NCBI GenBank assembly: GCA_027532905.1
Contig: JAPZUA010000001.1
Location: 1,111,950 to 1,175,949 of the forward strand
Source of the DNA: Magnetospirillum sp.
Lineage (GTDB): Bacteria > Pseudomonadota > Alphaproteobacteria > CACIAM-22H2
Length of the DNA stretch: 64,000 nucleotides
Direction of reading: 5' to 3'
Shown here: piece after piece, positions 18,878 through 29,265 of the stretch
How positions within the stretch are numbered: position 1 is the stretch's first letter
Layout: every line of letters begins with the position of its first letter
Translations under genes and position numbers: made by a program
Notes under the pieces: generated by a model
What the model was told of the DNA's origin: nothing
The model's database searches: none
What the model saw: the letters and a program-made list of their open reading frames with translations, nothing else

Positions 18878-19130
18878 CGCGACGAGCTGCTCGATGGCGA
18901 GATCTTCTACAGCCAGGCCGAAGCCAAAGTGCTGATCGAGGGTTGGGGGCGGCACTACAGCACGATCCGCCCGCACAGCAGCCTTGGCCATCAACCGCCA
19001 GCCCCGGAAACCGCAACGCCACCATCGCCGCCTTCCGGTTCCGCTTCGCTCCACCTACTGCCGGCAATGGTGAAGGAGGCCACAATGCACTAACAGTTTA
19101 TCCGGACCACTCGATGGGGGGCGACCGCCA
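18878..19130 (+). mobile_element. IS3-family remnant (orfB C-terminus and right end)
   Basis: RDELLDGEIFYS.AEAKVLIEGW.RHYSTIRPHSSLG..PPAPE...SGSASLHL, stop at 19093, then CCGGACCACTCGATGGGGG...CA end. Confidence 0.85.
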
Positions 19131-19132
19131 TA

Positions 19133-19171
19133 GTGTACCAAAATTTGTCCTAGAGTCTATTTTTGGAACAC
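19133..19171. promoter_or_regulatory. Double operator, copy 2
   Basis: GTGTACCAAAA-N17-TTTTGGAACAC. Confidence 0.75.
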
Positions 19172-19231
19172 ACTACATTCGTTCTCTTAGACGTTTTTTT
19201 ATCAGCGGTTCCGCGATTGGATGCCTCGCAG

Positions 19232-20221
19232 ATGCACACGCTCACCTTAAGCCTCGCTTGCGGCGACTATGACCGCACTCGTGCAGTATTTGATGGCCGT
19301 GCTCCCATCGATGGCTGCACAATCATCCCGCTCGCAATGCCGCCCGAAGAAGCGTTTCCGCGGGCACTGCGGCATCAGTCCTTCGATATCAGCGAACTAT
19401 CGATGGCGAGCCATATGACCCAAGTTGACCGGGGCACGAACGCCTACATTGCGGTGCCGGTCTTCCCGTCGCGTTTGTTCCGCCACTCCTCGATCTACGT
19501 GCGGCGCGATCGGGGGATCGCACACCCCTCTGATCTCAAGGGCCGCCTCGTAGGCGTGCCAGAGTACCAGATTACAGCAGCCGTCTGGGTGCGTGGCATT
19601 CTTCAGGATGAGTACGGCGTCCTACCTGCCGATTTGCGTTGGCGTACGGGAGGGGTCGAACAGGCAGGGCGAACGCCGAGCGTCACACTAAAGCTCCCAG
19701 GAAACGTCGATGTATCAGCCATTCCAGATCACGATACGCTGTCGGCCCAACTGGATCGGGGCGATATCGACGCGCTTGTATCTGCGATGCCGCCCTCGTG
19801 CATGAAGACAAATCGTGAGGTTGGACGTCTCTTTCCGGACTACAAGGCCGTCGAGTCCGAATACTTCGCGAAGACCGGCATCTTCCCGACCATGCATTTG
19901 GTCGGGATTCGAAAGCGGCTGGTCGAGGAGCATCCATGGTTGCCCTTCAATGTGTATCGCGCATTTGCAAGAGCGAAAGAACTTTGCTACGCGCGGCTCG
20001 AAACGCTCGGACATCTCTATACGACCTTGCCTTGGCCGGTTGCTGAGCTTGAGCAAACACGTGCACTTCTCGGGCAAGATTTCTGGCGCTACGGCGTCGA
20101 CGAAAACCGAAAAGAGATCGACGCGCTGGCTAGATACCTCCATGAACAAGGCCTTACTGCGCGCCGCTTGACGGCAGAAGACGTGTTCCATCCGTCTACT
20201 TTTTCGATCCCAAAGCTCTGA
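19232..20221 (+). CDS. 4,5-dihydroxyphthalate decarboxylase-like protein (substrate-binding-protein fold, no signal peptide)
   Basis: LSLACGDYDRT, FDISELS, PVFPSRLFRHS, VGVPEYQITAAVWVRG, TGIFPTMH. Confidence 0.85.
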   Translation: MHTLTLSLACGDYDRTRAVFDGRAPIDGCTIIPLAMPPEEAFPRALRHQSFDISELSMASHMTQVDRGTNAYIAVPVFPSRLFRHSSIYVRRDRGIAHPSDLKGRLVGVPEYQITAAVWVRGILQDEYGVLPADLRWRTGGVEQAGRTPSVTLKLPGNVDVSAIPDHDTLSAQLDRGDIDALVSAMPPSCMKTNREVGRLFPDYKAVESEYFAKTGIFPTMHLVGIRKRLVEEHPWLPFNVYRAFARAKELCYARLETLGHLYTTLPWPVAELEQTRALLGQDFWRYGVDENRKEIDALARYLHEQGLTARRLTAEDVFHPSTFSIPKL

Positions 20222-22572
20222 TGCCTAAGCTCGTCGGCCAGTCGGTTCCCCGAATCGAAGATCCGCCGCTTCTGCGCGGTACAGCCCGCTTCGTCGACGA
20301 CGTCAATCTTCCAGGGATGTTGGCAATTGCATTTGTGCGAAGCCCGCATTCGCATGCTTCGATCGGCCGTATCGACACGCAGGCGGCACGTGCTTTACCA
20401 GGCGTTCGTGCTGTCTTCACGATGGAAGACCTTCGGCACCACCTAACCGCGGACAGATTGGTCGTCGCCCTGCCGAGCGCGGCCTATCTGCTTGAGGTGC
20501 ATCGCCCAATTCTCGCCGACCGGGAAGTCGCCTATGTCGGCGAAGCAGTCGCCGTCGTCGTTGCGGAAAGCCGCAACGTCGCCGAGGACGCCGCAGCTCT
20601 GGTGGATATTGAATACGAACCGCTGGCAGCAGTAGCTGACTGCCGCGCTGCACTTCGCGAAAACGCACCGAGAGTGCATAGCGCACACCCCCACAATATT
20701 GCCGCCCGCTTTACTCTGGGGTTCGGCGACATCGACCGTGCATTCGAAGATGCCCACCATGTATTCAGCGAGTCTCTTTGGCAGCATCGTGGTGCAGCAC
20801 ATCCTCTCGAGTGTCGCGGGGTGGTCGCAATACACGACCCGCAGAGCGACGTCCTTACGGTCTGGTCGTCGACTCAAACGCCGCACACCGCACTCGCACA
20901 GATCTGCGATTTGCTCGGACGCACGGAAAATCAGGTGCGCGTGATTACCCCAGATGTCGGCGGCGGTTTCGGACCAAAGCTCGTTTTCTACCCTGAAGAC
21001 CTCATTGTGCCGCTAGTCGCACTTCGCCTCGCCGCGCCGGTGAAATGGATCGAAGACCGCCAGGAACATTTCATCGCAACGACACAAGAGCGCGACCAGT
21101 TTTGGGACGTGGAAATCGCGGTCACACGCGACGCACGAATACTCGGCGTACGCGGAAGGGTCGTCCATGACCACGGCGCCTATACGGCCCGCGGCTTGAC
21201 TGTTGTCCAGGGAGCAATGTCCGCGCTTCCTCTCGCGTACGATATTCCGGCATATCAGATCGAAGGTCTGGCAGTGCTTACGAATCTGGTTCCAGTCACG
21301 CCGGTGCGCGGGGCCGGCCAGCCGCAAGGCGTCTTTGCGATGGAACGATTGCTCGATCGGGTCGCAAATGAACTTGGACTTGATCGCATGGAAGTTCGTC
21401 GACGCAATCTCGTGCGTAGAGAACAGATGCCATTCACGAGGCCGTTTGCAACACGGGGCGGAATCCCAATTTCGCTTGATTCCGGCGACTACCCAGCCAC
21501 TATGTCGGCGGCGGCTGAAAAAGCCGACTGGGTCGGTTTCAAGGCGCGCCAAAAGCTGGCGTTGCAAGCCGGACGCCATATCGGCATTGGTCTTGCCAAC
21601 TATGTCGAGGGAACAGGGCGCGGCCCTTACGAGTCGGTTTCAGTGCGCATTGACCGCAGCGGGAAAGTTCTTGTCGCCACCGGTGCGGTAGCTATGGGTC
21701 AAAGCACCAAAACGATGCTGGCACAAATCGTCGCCGACGAACTCGGCGGCGACATGTCGAACATCATCGTCACTGCCGGCGACACAAGCGCCATCGCCCA
21801 AGGGTTCGGCGGGTTCAACAGTCGACAGGCTGTTACGGCAGGATCGTCGGCGCTCATCGCCGCCTGCAAGCTGCGGGATCGCATTTTGGACCTAACCGCC
21901 AAGGTTCTTGAAGTCGCGCGCAGCGACCTTGCGATCCAGGGGCGCACCGTCCGAATTGTGGGAACGGACCGAAGTTTGGATTTCGCTGATTTGGTCAAGA
22001 AGGTCGTTGGGCTGCCTGGATACCGCATGCTCGACGCGCACGGCCCGGAACTTGCCGTAACCGAGCACGTCCAGATCGATCCAATGGCCTACGCGAACGG
22101 ATGCGCTGTGGTTGAAGTCGAGGTCGACCCCGAAATCGGCCGTGTCGATATCCGGCGCGTCACCTTCGCGCACGACTGCGGGCGAATGATCAATCCAAAA
22201 ATCGTCGATGGACAGGTAATAGGCGGTATCGTGCACGGCATCGGCAATACCTTGTTCGAGTGGATGCGTTACGGTGCAGACGGCCAGCCACTCACGACCA
22301 CGCTTGCGGACTACATGCTGCCAACCGCAACCGAAATTCCGCCCATCGATCTTCTCCACCTAAGCAGCCCAACGCCGCTCAATCCGCTCGGCATTAAGGG
22401 TGTCGGCGAAGCCGGCGTCATTCCAATGAGCGCTGCCATCGTCGCCGCGATCGAAGATGCACTTTCCCCTTTGGGGGTACATCTTTCGGGCAGCCCGATA
22501 ACACCGAACAACCTCCTCGCTGCCATTCACGGTTCAGCGCAGAATTGGGATGCGGAGCCAGCGACGCAGTAG
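20221..22572 (+). CDS. Xanthine-dehydrogenase-family molybdopterin large subunit #1
   Basis: PRIEDPPLLRG, VGGGFGPK, loop PVRGAGQPQ, GQVIGG, GIKGVGEAG. Confidence 0.92.
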   Translation: MPKLVGQSVPRIEDPPLLRGTARFVDDVNLPGMLAIAFVRSPHSHASIGRIDTQAARALPGVRAVFTMEDLRHHLTADRLVVALPSAAYLLEVHRPILADREVAYVGEAVAVVVAESRNVAEDAAALVDIEYEPLAAVADCRAALRENAPRVHSAHPHNIAARFTLGFGDIDRAFEDAHHVFSESLWQHRGAAHPLECRGVVAIHDPQSDVLTVWSSTQTPHTALAQICDLLGRTENQVRVITPDVGGGFGPKLVFYPEDLIVPLVALRLAAPVKWIEDRQEHFIATTQERDQFWDVEIAVTRDARILGVRGRVVHDHGAYTARGLTVVQGAMSALPLAYDIPAYQIEGLAVLTNLVPVTPVRGAGQPQGVFAMERLLDRVANELGLDRMEVRRRNLVRREQMPFTRPFATRGGIPISLDSGDYPATMSAAAEKADWVGFKARQKLALQAGRHIGIGLANYVEGTGRGPYESVSVRIDRSGKVLVATGAVAMGQSTKTMLAQIVADELGGDMSNIIVTAGDTSAIAQGFGGFNSRQAVTAGSSALIAACKLRDRILDLTAKVLEVARSDLAIQGRTVRIVGTDRSLDFADLVKKVVGLPGYRMLDAHGPELAVTEHVQIDPMAYANGCAVVEVEVDPEIGRVDIRRVTFAHDCGRMINPKIVDGQVIGGIVHGIGNTLFEWMRYGADGQPLTTTLADYMLPTATEIPPIDLLHLSSPTPLNPLGIKGVGEAGVIPMSAAIVAAIEDALSPLGVHLSGSPITPNNLLAAIHGSAQNWDAEPATQ

Positions 22573-22589
22573 TTAGCGCGATGGATGAA

Positions 22590-23576
22590 TCAGAAGCCTT
22601 GCGTGCCGCGGAGAACTTCGCTGCTGATATTGAGCACTAAGTCGTCGATGGCAGGCTGCTCGCGGATCAGCCCCTGCTCCCAACAATAGCGGACAAGCGT
22701 CTTCAGGTTCTCGCGATTACGTGGCGTTAACCCGTACTCCCAAGGGTCCTGCCCCATCAGTTCCACTTGCTCTTCCCAGGCGCTCGTCCCCCAGGCTAGA
22801 GGCGCCACGCGTGGATTGCGAAAGCGCTCGTAACCCAGACGTTTGGACTCATTGAACGCAAAAGCAACGTTCGGCGCAATCCAGGGGTTCTTCTTGACCA
22901 AGTCCTCACGGATCAAGACCAAATGCATGATCGGAAAAATCCCAGTGCGTTTGAAATAGTCTTCTTCTGCGGATTTGAAGTCAGGGATCAAGCGCCGGAT
23001 GTTCTTGTTGCCGGCAAGAAACGAGGGCGGATAACCGGGCGAGATCAGAGCGTCGATCTCTCCGGTCACAAGCATTCGGTCCAAGGACCCCGGTGATGCA
23101 CGTTCGATCCGGAGCCCTGCCTGAGGCGTAAACGGAATGTCTTCGTCTCGGTCAGTGAGCCAAGTGATGTCCTGGTGCGGAACGCCGTACTCGTCGCCGA
23201 GAATACCGCGTACCCAGACCGCAGCGGCTGGTTGGAAGCCGCTCTCCACGCCAACTCTGCGCCCCGCCAATTCCGACGGCTTTTCGATTCCTTTGTTCGG
23301 ATTCACGAAAATGAAACCATGCCGAAAGCGGCGATGCGGAAATACAGGGAGCGCCACGTAGGGATGGCCCCTTTCACGGGCCATGAAGTAGGCGCACGCG
23401 TTCAACTCGCCAATATCGCATTCCGCATTTCGCGCCAGCCGCCATTGCCGATCCCGCGCGGTCGACGCCGCGAGCACCGTCAGATCCAAACCTTCCGGTC
23501 GAACGACACCGTCAATGAGCGGTCGCGTGATCTCGTAGTCGCCACAGCTCAAAGACACTTGAATGTTTTTCGGCAT
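22590..23576 (-). CDS. Second 4,5-dihydroxyphthalate decarboxylase-like protein
   Basis: SLSCGDYEITRPLIDG, PVFPHRRFRHG, AAVWVRGIL, TGIFPIMH. Confidence 0.85.
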   Translation of the reverse strand: MPKNIQVSLSCGDYEITRPLIDGVVRPEGLDLTVLAASTARDRQWRLARNAECDIGELNACAYFMARERGHPYVALPVFPHRRFRHGFIFVNPNKGIEKPSELAGRRVGVESGFQPAAAVWVRGILGDEYGVPHQDITWLTDRDEDIPFTPQAGLRIERASPGSLDRMLVTGEIDALISPGYPPSFLAGNKNIRRLIPDFKSAEEDYFKRTGIFPIMHLVLIREDLVKKNPWIAPNVAFAFNESKRLGYERFRNPRVAPLAWGTSAWEEQVELMGQDPWEYGLTPRNRENLKTLVRYCWEQGLIREQPAIDDLVLNISSEVLRGTQGF

Positions 23577-23587
23577 CTGAATCCCGA

Positions 23588-24838
23588 CTAGATGGGGTTT
23601 TTTGTGACATTCCCGTCTTTATGCACATACCACCGTTCGCTTGTGATCGGCTTACCCGCCAATCTGGCGGCCATCCAATCCGCAATCAAAGTGGTCGGAT
23701 AGGGCCCGAGATTCGCAGACGGAACGAAGCCGACTGCATGGCGGGATTCCTGATAGACGACGAACTGACGGGGACACGTCATTGTTGCAAGCATTCGGTC
23801 CGCGTTTTCCAAGGGGCACAGCTCTTCATGTTCACCAGCCAGAGCGATATAAGGCACTCGGATTTTGTCTGCATACCCTTCCCACGTCAGGCTGCGTCGG
23901 AAATCATCGAATTTTGCCTCGTCTGTATAGCCCGAGATGTACATAAGCCGACGTTTGTAAGTCGGCGAAGCCGCTTCGACCATTGTCTTCTGCCCGGGCT
24001 CGAAGCAAATAGACGAGACGGCACATGCACGCAGACGCGGTTCGTTCGCCGTAACAGCCGTAACGATCAAGGAACCGAGACTGTTGCCGAATATCCCGAT
24101 TTTGTCTTTGTCGATCTCCGGTCTCGCAATCGCCCAATCGACAAGCTTCGGCGCCAGTTCAATGAAGCCTTGTAGCGAGAACTTGTGGCCAAGAATTCGC
24201 GACTCCGACTGTCCCGGACCATCGACCACAAGAACGGCCATACCACGCGAAAGCCAGCGATCGTTCGACAGCGACACGAATATCTCTTTGAATGTGTCCA
24301 ACCCCGGGAACGATACCACTAGCGGAATCTTGCCGCCGGTATATCCAGGCGGAAGGTGGAACCAAGCTGGTATTTTGCTTTGACCGAACGGGATCCAGAC
24401 TTCTTCGACCTTGTGATCGGCAAGGCGCGCGTAAGCCGTATAGCAGTCGCGTTTGTTCTTGTTGCAGTTCGCGTTGATCGCGTTGACTGTATTGTGCGGC
24501 CACTGCGCAGCACCCCATTGAATGGCAGCAATGAAATAGTTGTCGCGGGCGGTCACGAGATTGCCGGCGTCTTCGGCAGCGATCGCTTTGGCCTGGCGAC
24601 GGCGGGCCGCCGCCTCGAATGATGGTCCAATATCCGCAAACTTCTTTACGCCTTGGCGAATTGTCGCAAAGTCGGGATTTGATTCAATGCCGCAGGCTCC
24701 GTTAAAATAAAGCGATCGAGGTTGGTCCCAATCGATGCCGACGGATGCGATAACATTGTCTAAGAGCCAGCGTTGATCCACCCATCGGCGGGAGCTCGGC
24801 GCTTCGACATTTGGATCGATCTGAATTTCGTTCGACAT
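23588..24838 (-). CDS. Alpha/beta hydrolase (2,6-dihydroxypseudooxynicotine hydrolase / FrsA-like)
   Basis: PGLDTFKE, VDGPGQSES, nucleophile elbow GNSLG, C-terminal His (SRHA). Confidence 0.75.
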   Translation of the reverse strand: MSNEIQIDPNVEAPSSRRWVDQRWLLDNVIASVGIDWDQPRSLYFNGACGIESNPDFATIRQGVKKFADIGPSFEAAARRRQAKAIAAEDAGNLVTARDNYFIAAIQWGAAQWPHNTVNAINANCNKNKRDCYTAYARLADHKVEEVWIPFGQSKIPAWFHLPPGYTGGKIPLVVSFPGLDTFKEIFVSLSNDRWLSRGMAVLVVDGPGQSESRILGHKFSLQGFIELAPKLVDWAIARPEIDKDKIGIFGNSLGSLIVTAVTANEPRLRACAVSSICFEPGQKTMVEAASPTYKRRLMYISGYTDEAKFDDFRRSLTWEGYADKIRVPYIALAGEHEELCPLENADRMLATMTCPRQFVVYQESRHAVGFVPSANLGPYPTTLIADWMAARLAGKPITSERWYVHKDGNVTKNPI

Positions 24839-24948
24839 AATTCACCTTCCTGATTGCTCAATCTGAGACTGAAGTCTGAGGCGAACCAACCACTGGCCGC
24901 CAAGCGGAGACTCCGCTCACGCTTTTCCATCGACGCTGACGAGAAGCC

Positions 24949-26907
24949 TCACGAGGCAGCGCCACCTTCTCGAATGTCGCGAGCATTGGCTTTTGAGGCC
25001 CATTTGATCAATGCGACCATCATGGCCGTCGGCACCACAATGCTAGCAACAAGAGCAGGCGTTCCGGGGACAAGAATGATCAGACCGCCGACAGCAATCA
25101 GAATCCTGATCGGCCAGTGTATCCGCGACTGCCGAACCGTGCCAGCGATTGCGTAGCTGATAGCCAGGACACTGATGAATGCGGCGACGAGTGTCACGAC
25201 GACATTGCCCATCGCACCCTCGAGCAGGAGCTCAGGTCGAACGACGAAAAGAAAGGGCAGGAGGAATCCGGCATAGGCAAGACGGCAGCCGTAATATCCA
25301 ACGCGGTCCGCGTTGGCGCCCGCCAGTGCCGCAGCGGCCATCGCAGCGACCGCCATCGGCGGCGTAATCGCCGACATGCACGCGAAAACCAGCATGAACA
25401 TGTGCGCCGTCATCACCGATAGCCCGTAATCGGCGATCAGCACGGGCGCCACCAACGCCACTCCCATGATATAGACGGCAGCCGTCGGCAGCCCCAAGCC
25501 GAGTATGACTAGCAAAACTGCTGCAGCAACGATCACCACCGCAAAGTTCCCGCCGGAAACGGCCGATAGGATGAAGCTGAACTTTCCGACCAAGCCGCTC
25601 ATGTCGAGATACCCGATTGCCATGCCGGCAGCGGCACACGCAGCAGTCAGTCCGCTGATGCGAACAGCAGTCTCGATGCAGCATTCGAGCAGTGCGCTGG
25701 GCGTTACCCAGAGATTTCGATTGGGAGTGAGATAGCTGGACAAAATTCCGATAACTGATGATCCCGCGGCAACGATCGTCGGCGAGTATCCCGCTTCAAT
25801 CAGGTAAAGCAACGCGAAGACGGGGAAAATCAGACGGAAGTCGCGCTTTAGGACGTTGGGCAACGACGACACGTCGCCTTCCTGAAGCGCTCCCTCGCGC
25901 AAATAGCTGGATTCATGGTGTGTGATCGCCAGTACACCGAGATAGTAGAGAATGGCGATGCCGGTTGCGGCCAGTGCGATCGAGCGATAGGGAATCCCCG
26001 TGTACTCGACCATGAGAAACGCCACGGAGCCCATTACCGGTGGCAAGATGGCGCCGCCGCAGGATGCCGCCGCTTCAGTCGCTGCGGCACGCGTAGCAGT
26101 CGCGCCACTGCGGCGCATGATGGGAATCGTGATCGGGCCGGTCGTCATGACGTCGGCGGTGGGGCTGCCGGAAACCGATCCGTAGATTCCGCTTGAAACG
26201 ACACACGCCTTTGTTGCACCGCCTTTTGTTCTCCCCACGAGTGCGCTGGCCAGATCAAAGAAGAACTGACCCCCGCCCGCACGATGGTAGATGCTGCCAA
26301 AGAAGACGAACAGGAACCCATAGGTCGCGGCGACCTCGACGGTCACGCCAAACAGTGCATCTTCTGATACGGTTATCCGACGTGCGTAATATTCCAGACT
26401 TATCGGGGTGTGCCCCAGCGCGCCGCCAAGATGGTGGCCGTACGCCACATACAAGAGCAGGAGCACGCATGTACCGGTCAAGCCCCAGCCGACAACTCGA
26501 CGACAAGCTTCGATGACGAAAACCGTCATGACCACGCTCATCGCAACTTCTAACCTGGATACTCGCGTGATGCCCTCGATCATCGTGTCGTAGAACCGCC
26601 AATTGAAGATAAAGTAACTACATGCGACTATTGCACCTACCGTCCACAACCAGTCGATCCAGTTTCGGTCGCTCCGACCGGTATGTGCCGAGGTCGTAAG
26701 AAAAACGATCGGAAGCATGCCGGTCAGGAATATAGCGGTGTGGAGATGCAGGCTGGAAATCGAGAAGAAGGCGTATCGAAAGATGTATACCGCCATTAAT
26801 ATTGAAATTATCGCGACCAGTATACGCGCGGGACCATCCAACTCAACCGAACGACCTTCGTTGATATAACGGAACACCAATTGACGGAGTGAAGTCGCGC
26901 TGGTCAT
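24949..26907 (-). CDS. TRAP transporter fused 4TM/12TM permease
   Basis: GSVSGSPTADV, GGAILPPVMG, LGLGLPT, SAITPP; highly hydrophobic. Confidence 0.9.
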   Translation of the reverse strand: MTSATSLRQLVFRYINEGRSVELDGPARILVAIISILMAVYIFRYAFFSISSLHLHTAIFLTGMLPIVFLTTSAHTGRSDRNWIDWLWTVGAIVACSYFIFNWRFYDTMIEGITRVSRLEVAMSVVMTVFVIEACRRVVGWGLTGTCVLLLLYVAYGHHLGGALGHTPISLEYYARRITVSEDALFGVTVEVAATYGFLFVFFGSIYHRAGGGQFFFDLASALVGRTKGGATKACVVSSGIYGSVSGSPTADVMTTGPITIPIMRRSGATATRAAATEAAASCGGAILPPVMGSVAFLMVEYTGIPYRSIALAATGIAILYYLGVLAITHHESSYLREGALQEGDVSSLPNVLKRDFRLIFPVFALLYLIEAGYSPTIVAAGSSVIGILSSYLTPNRNLWVTPSALLECCIETAVRISGLTAACAAAGMAIGYLDMSGLVGKFSFILSAVSGGNFAVVIVAAAVLLVILGLGLPTAAVYIMGVALVAPVLIADYGLSVMTAHMFMLVFACMSAITPPMAVAAMAAAALAGANADRVGYYGCRLAYAGFLLPFLFVVRPELLLEGAMGNVVVTLVAAFISVLAISYAIAGTVRQSRIHWPIRILIAVGGLIILVPGTPALVASIVVPTAMMVALIKWASKANARDIREGGAAS

Positions 26908-26959
26908 TGATGTCCACCGATAAGCCGAAAGCGGTCTACTTCATGCCGACTACTTAAGA

Positions 26960-26988
26960 ATGGCCCCGCGAGCAAGTAGCGGGGCCAT
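26960..26988 (-). other. Intercistronic stem-loop after the TAXI receptor gene
   Basis: ATGGCCCCGC-N9-GCGGGGCCAT. Confidence 0.55.
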
Positions 26989-26998
26989 CGTCGTCAAC

Positions 26999-28015
26999 TC
27001 ACTTCAGAACACCGGCTTCACGGAAGTACCTCTCCGCGCCCGGATGATAGGGGACGCTCGGCGGCTTGCGGGCCAACTCCGCAAGCGTTACCTCGCTATA
27101 CGAAGGATGGATGGACCGGAAGCGGTCGAGTCGGCTACCGATGGCCTTCATGTACTTGTAGACCGCCTCTTCGGATACGGAGGTCGCCGCAAGCATCACA
27201 AGATCGATGCGAAGCGTCTTAACGTCCTCATCGAGGAAACTGTAAGAGCTCTTCGGAAGGGTTACGATCTCGAGATCGTATTCCTTTGCAACCGCACTTA
27301 GATAGCTGTCCGGCACCTTCAGCCAAACAAGCGGCCGGCTGCGAGCGACTTCATTGATCGCCTGGAACGGTTGGAATGCTGTGCCAATCTGCCAATCAAT
27401 CTTGCCATCCCTGAGTTCATCGACGCCGCGCGCACTGGGGAGATACGCGACTCGCGATCCCGACCATTGCTTCTCGATGGACTCAATCGATGCACCGCCC
27501 TGCTTCAGGAGCGAGTCCGCGATGATATTCACATAAAGCGTTCCACGGGCGCTTACCGACATCGTGCCCCGAGGCCTCTTCTTGGTATAGTCCTCAAGCG
27601 TCACGACGCCGGCCTTTTCGGCCCAAGCTTTCTCGGCGATGAAGAAGAACTTTGTGCCCGGCAGGCCGTTAAACACGAACGAGAGCTTGCCCTTCATCGG
27701 CTGCTCGAAGGGCGGCTTCCCCTCAAGGGCCATCGGGATCTCCACGTTCGTTACGCCCAGCGACAGTTGAGCGTCATTGTTCATGAGATCGACGAGACCG
27801 CCTGACCCGGTGTTCGGCCTGAATGTCATCGTCGAACCGGGATAGACGTCCCGGACAATGGCATTTAGGGCCTCAACGACCGCGCGACCGAACCCGGTCG
27901 CTGTCGCGCCCGAAGTCGTGATTGAAATCGGCTGATTGTCCTGGAAATCCGCTTTTGCAGAAAAGCCAGAGAAGATGACGGCCGCGGCAGCAAGGCCTGC
28001 AACTATTTTCTTCAT
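26999..28015 (-). CDS. TAXI-family TRAP solute-binding protein
   Basis: Signal peptide MKKIVAGLAAAAVIF..AKA; C-terminal VPYHPGAERYFRE. Confidence 0.88.
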   Translation of the reverse strand: MKKIVAGLAAAAVIFSGFSAKADFQDNQPISITTSGATATGFGRAVVEALNAIVRDVYPGSTMTFRPNTGSGGLVDLMNNDAQLSLGVTNVEIPMALEGKPPFEQPMKGKLSFVFNGLPGTKFFFIAEKAWAEKAGVVTLEDYTKKRPRGTMSVSARGTLYVNIIADSLLKQGGASIESIEKQWSGSRVAYLPSARGVDELRDGKIDWQIGTAFQPFQAINEVARSRPLVWLKVPDSYLSAVAKEYDLEIVTLPKSSYSFLDEDVKTLRIDLVMLAATSVSEEAVYKYMKAIGSRLDRFRSIHPSYSEVTLAELARKPPSVPYHPGAERYFREAGVLK

Positions 28016-28164
28016 TTCCAATCCCCTCATTTGGACCCCTGCCGTCCGGATCGCTGCAGGCGTCGTTGATCGAGCATTCGCCTCATCTGTTTCATTTTAT
28101 GATATCGTACCAAAAAAAGAACGCAACAATAAACACATGGCTCCGTCAATAAAGAAGGTCCCAG

Positions 28165-29190
28165 ATGCAAAGTTCGAATGGCCGGACGGCGAAGGCTTAC
28201 GTCTTGGAGCGTCTCGGTTTCGACGGGCTTGAGCAGAAGTTGCTCTCCCTAACCGCCCCGCCTCCAAAACATTTATTGATCCGCATGCGCGCCGTATCGT
28301 TGAACTATCGAGACCTGAAAATCGTCAAAGGACTGTATGCGCGCCCGCCAAAGCTGCCCCTCATTCCCTTGTCAGACGGAGCGGGCGAGGTCGTCGAGAC
28401 CGGTACAGACGTTACGGCGGTCCAGATCGGCAGCCGCGTCATGCCAATCTATATGCAAGGCTGGTATACCGGGCCGCAGACGCGCGAGCGTCTTGGGTGG
28501 CTCTCGAGGGGGGGCGACATCGACGGGACTGCCGTCGAGTATCTTGTTTGCCACGAAAACGACGTTGTTCGAATTCCAGATTCCATGACCTACGAGCAAG
28601 CCGCGTGCCTCCCGTGCGCAGGAGTCACTGCATGGCATGCTCTTATTTCAGTCGGTCGACTCCAAGCGGGGCAAAGCGTTCTCGTTCTCGGCAGCGGCGG
28701 GGTCTCGAATTTCGCGATTCAGATTGCACGTATACGCGGCGCGTCTTCCATTGCGATAACGCGAAGCGCGTTGAAAGCCGATGGGCTGCGAAAGATCGGC
28801 GCCATAAATGTTGTCGATGCAAGCAACCTCCCAGGTTGGGACAATGAAGTCCGTGCTCTTACTGGGGGGAAGGGCGTTGACCATGTCGTTGAGGTCGGCG
28901 GGCGCGAAACCATCGAAAGATCAATAAATGCGACAAGCGCCGGCGGCCAAATTCATATCATCGGAGATTTGAGCGGTGCATTTCCGCCGAAGGATCTCGA
29001 CGCTCAAACGGTCAGCATAAAGTCGATTACCGTTGGGTCTAAGGAAATGCACGAAGACCTAACCCATGAATTCGAGCGAAGTGGGGCGAAACCGATTATT
29101 GATCGGGTGTTTCCGTTCTCGCAACTCGCTGAAGCCTTCAACTATCTCGATAAGGGAACACACTTCGGCAAGATCGTAGTTACATTCTAG
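28165..29190 (+). CDS. MDR-family (zinc-type alcohol dehydrogenase-like) oxidoreductase
   Basis: AVSLNYRD, PLSDGAGEV, LPCAGVTAW, LGSGGVS, HFGKIVV. Confidence 0.9.
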   Translation: MQSSNGRTAKAYVLERLGFDGLEQKLLSLTAPPPKHLLIRMRAVSLNYRDLKIVKGLYARPPKLPLIPLSDGAGEVVETGTDVTAVQIGSRVMPIYMQGWYTGPQTRERLGWLSRGGDIDGTAVEYLVCHENDVVRIPDSMTYEQAACLPCAGVTAWHALISVGRLQAGQSVLVLGSGGVSNFAIQIARIRGASSIAITRSALKADGLRKIGAINVVDASNLPGWDNEVRALTGGKGVDHVVEVGGRETIERSINATSAGGQIHIIGDLSGAFPPKDLDAQTVSIKSITVGSKEMHEDLTHEFERSGAKPIIDRVFPFSQLAEAFNYLDKGTHFGKIVVTF

Positions 29191-29219
29191 CTGATTGCAG
29201 TTTGTTCGGAACGAAGCGC

Positions 29220-29259
29220 TGCGGCCGGATGTCGCCTTGTTCTACGACATCCGGCCGCA
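29220..29259. terminator. Perfect 15-bp stem-loop between convergent genes
   Basis: TGCGGCCGGATGTCG-N10-CGACATCCGGCCGCA. Confidence 0.65.
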
Positions 29260-29265
29260 CGCCAT

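Noticed and set aside
19041..19055. CCGCTTCGCTCCACC, a 14/15 match to the tRNA-Ala 3' end (possible second att site)
   Set aside because: Lies inside the IS3 orfB tail (SASLHL codons); no arm repeats or integrase nearby, and island-like DNA continues on both sides
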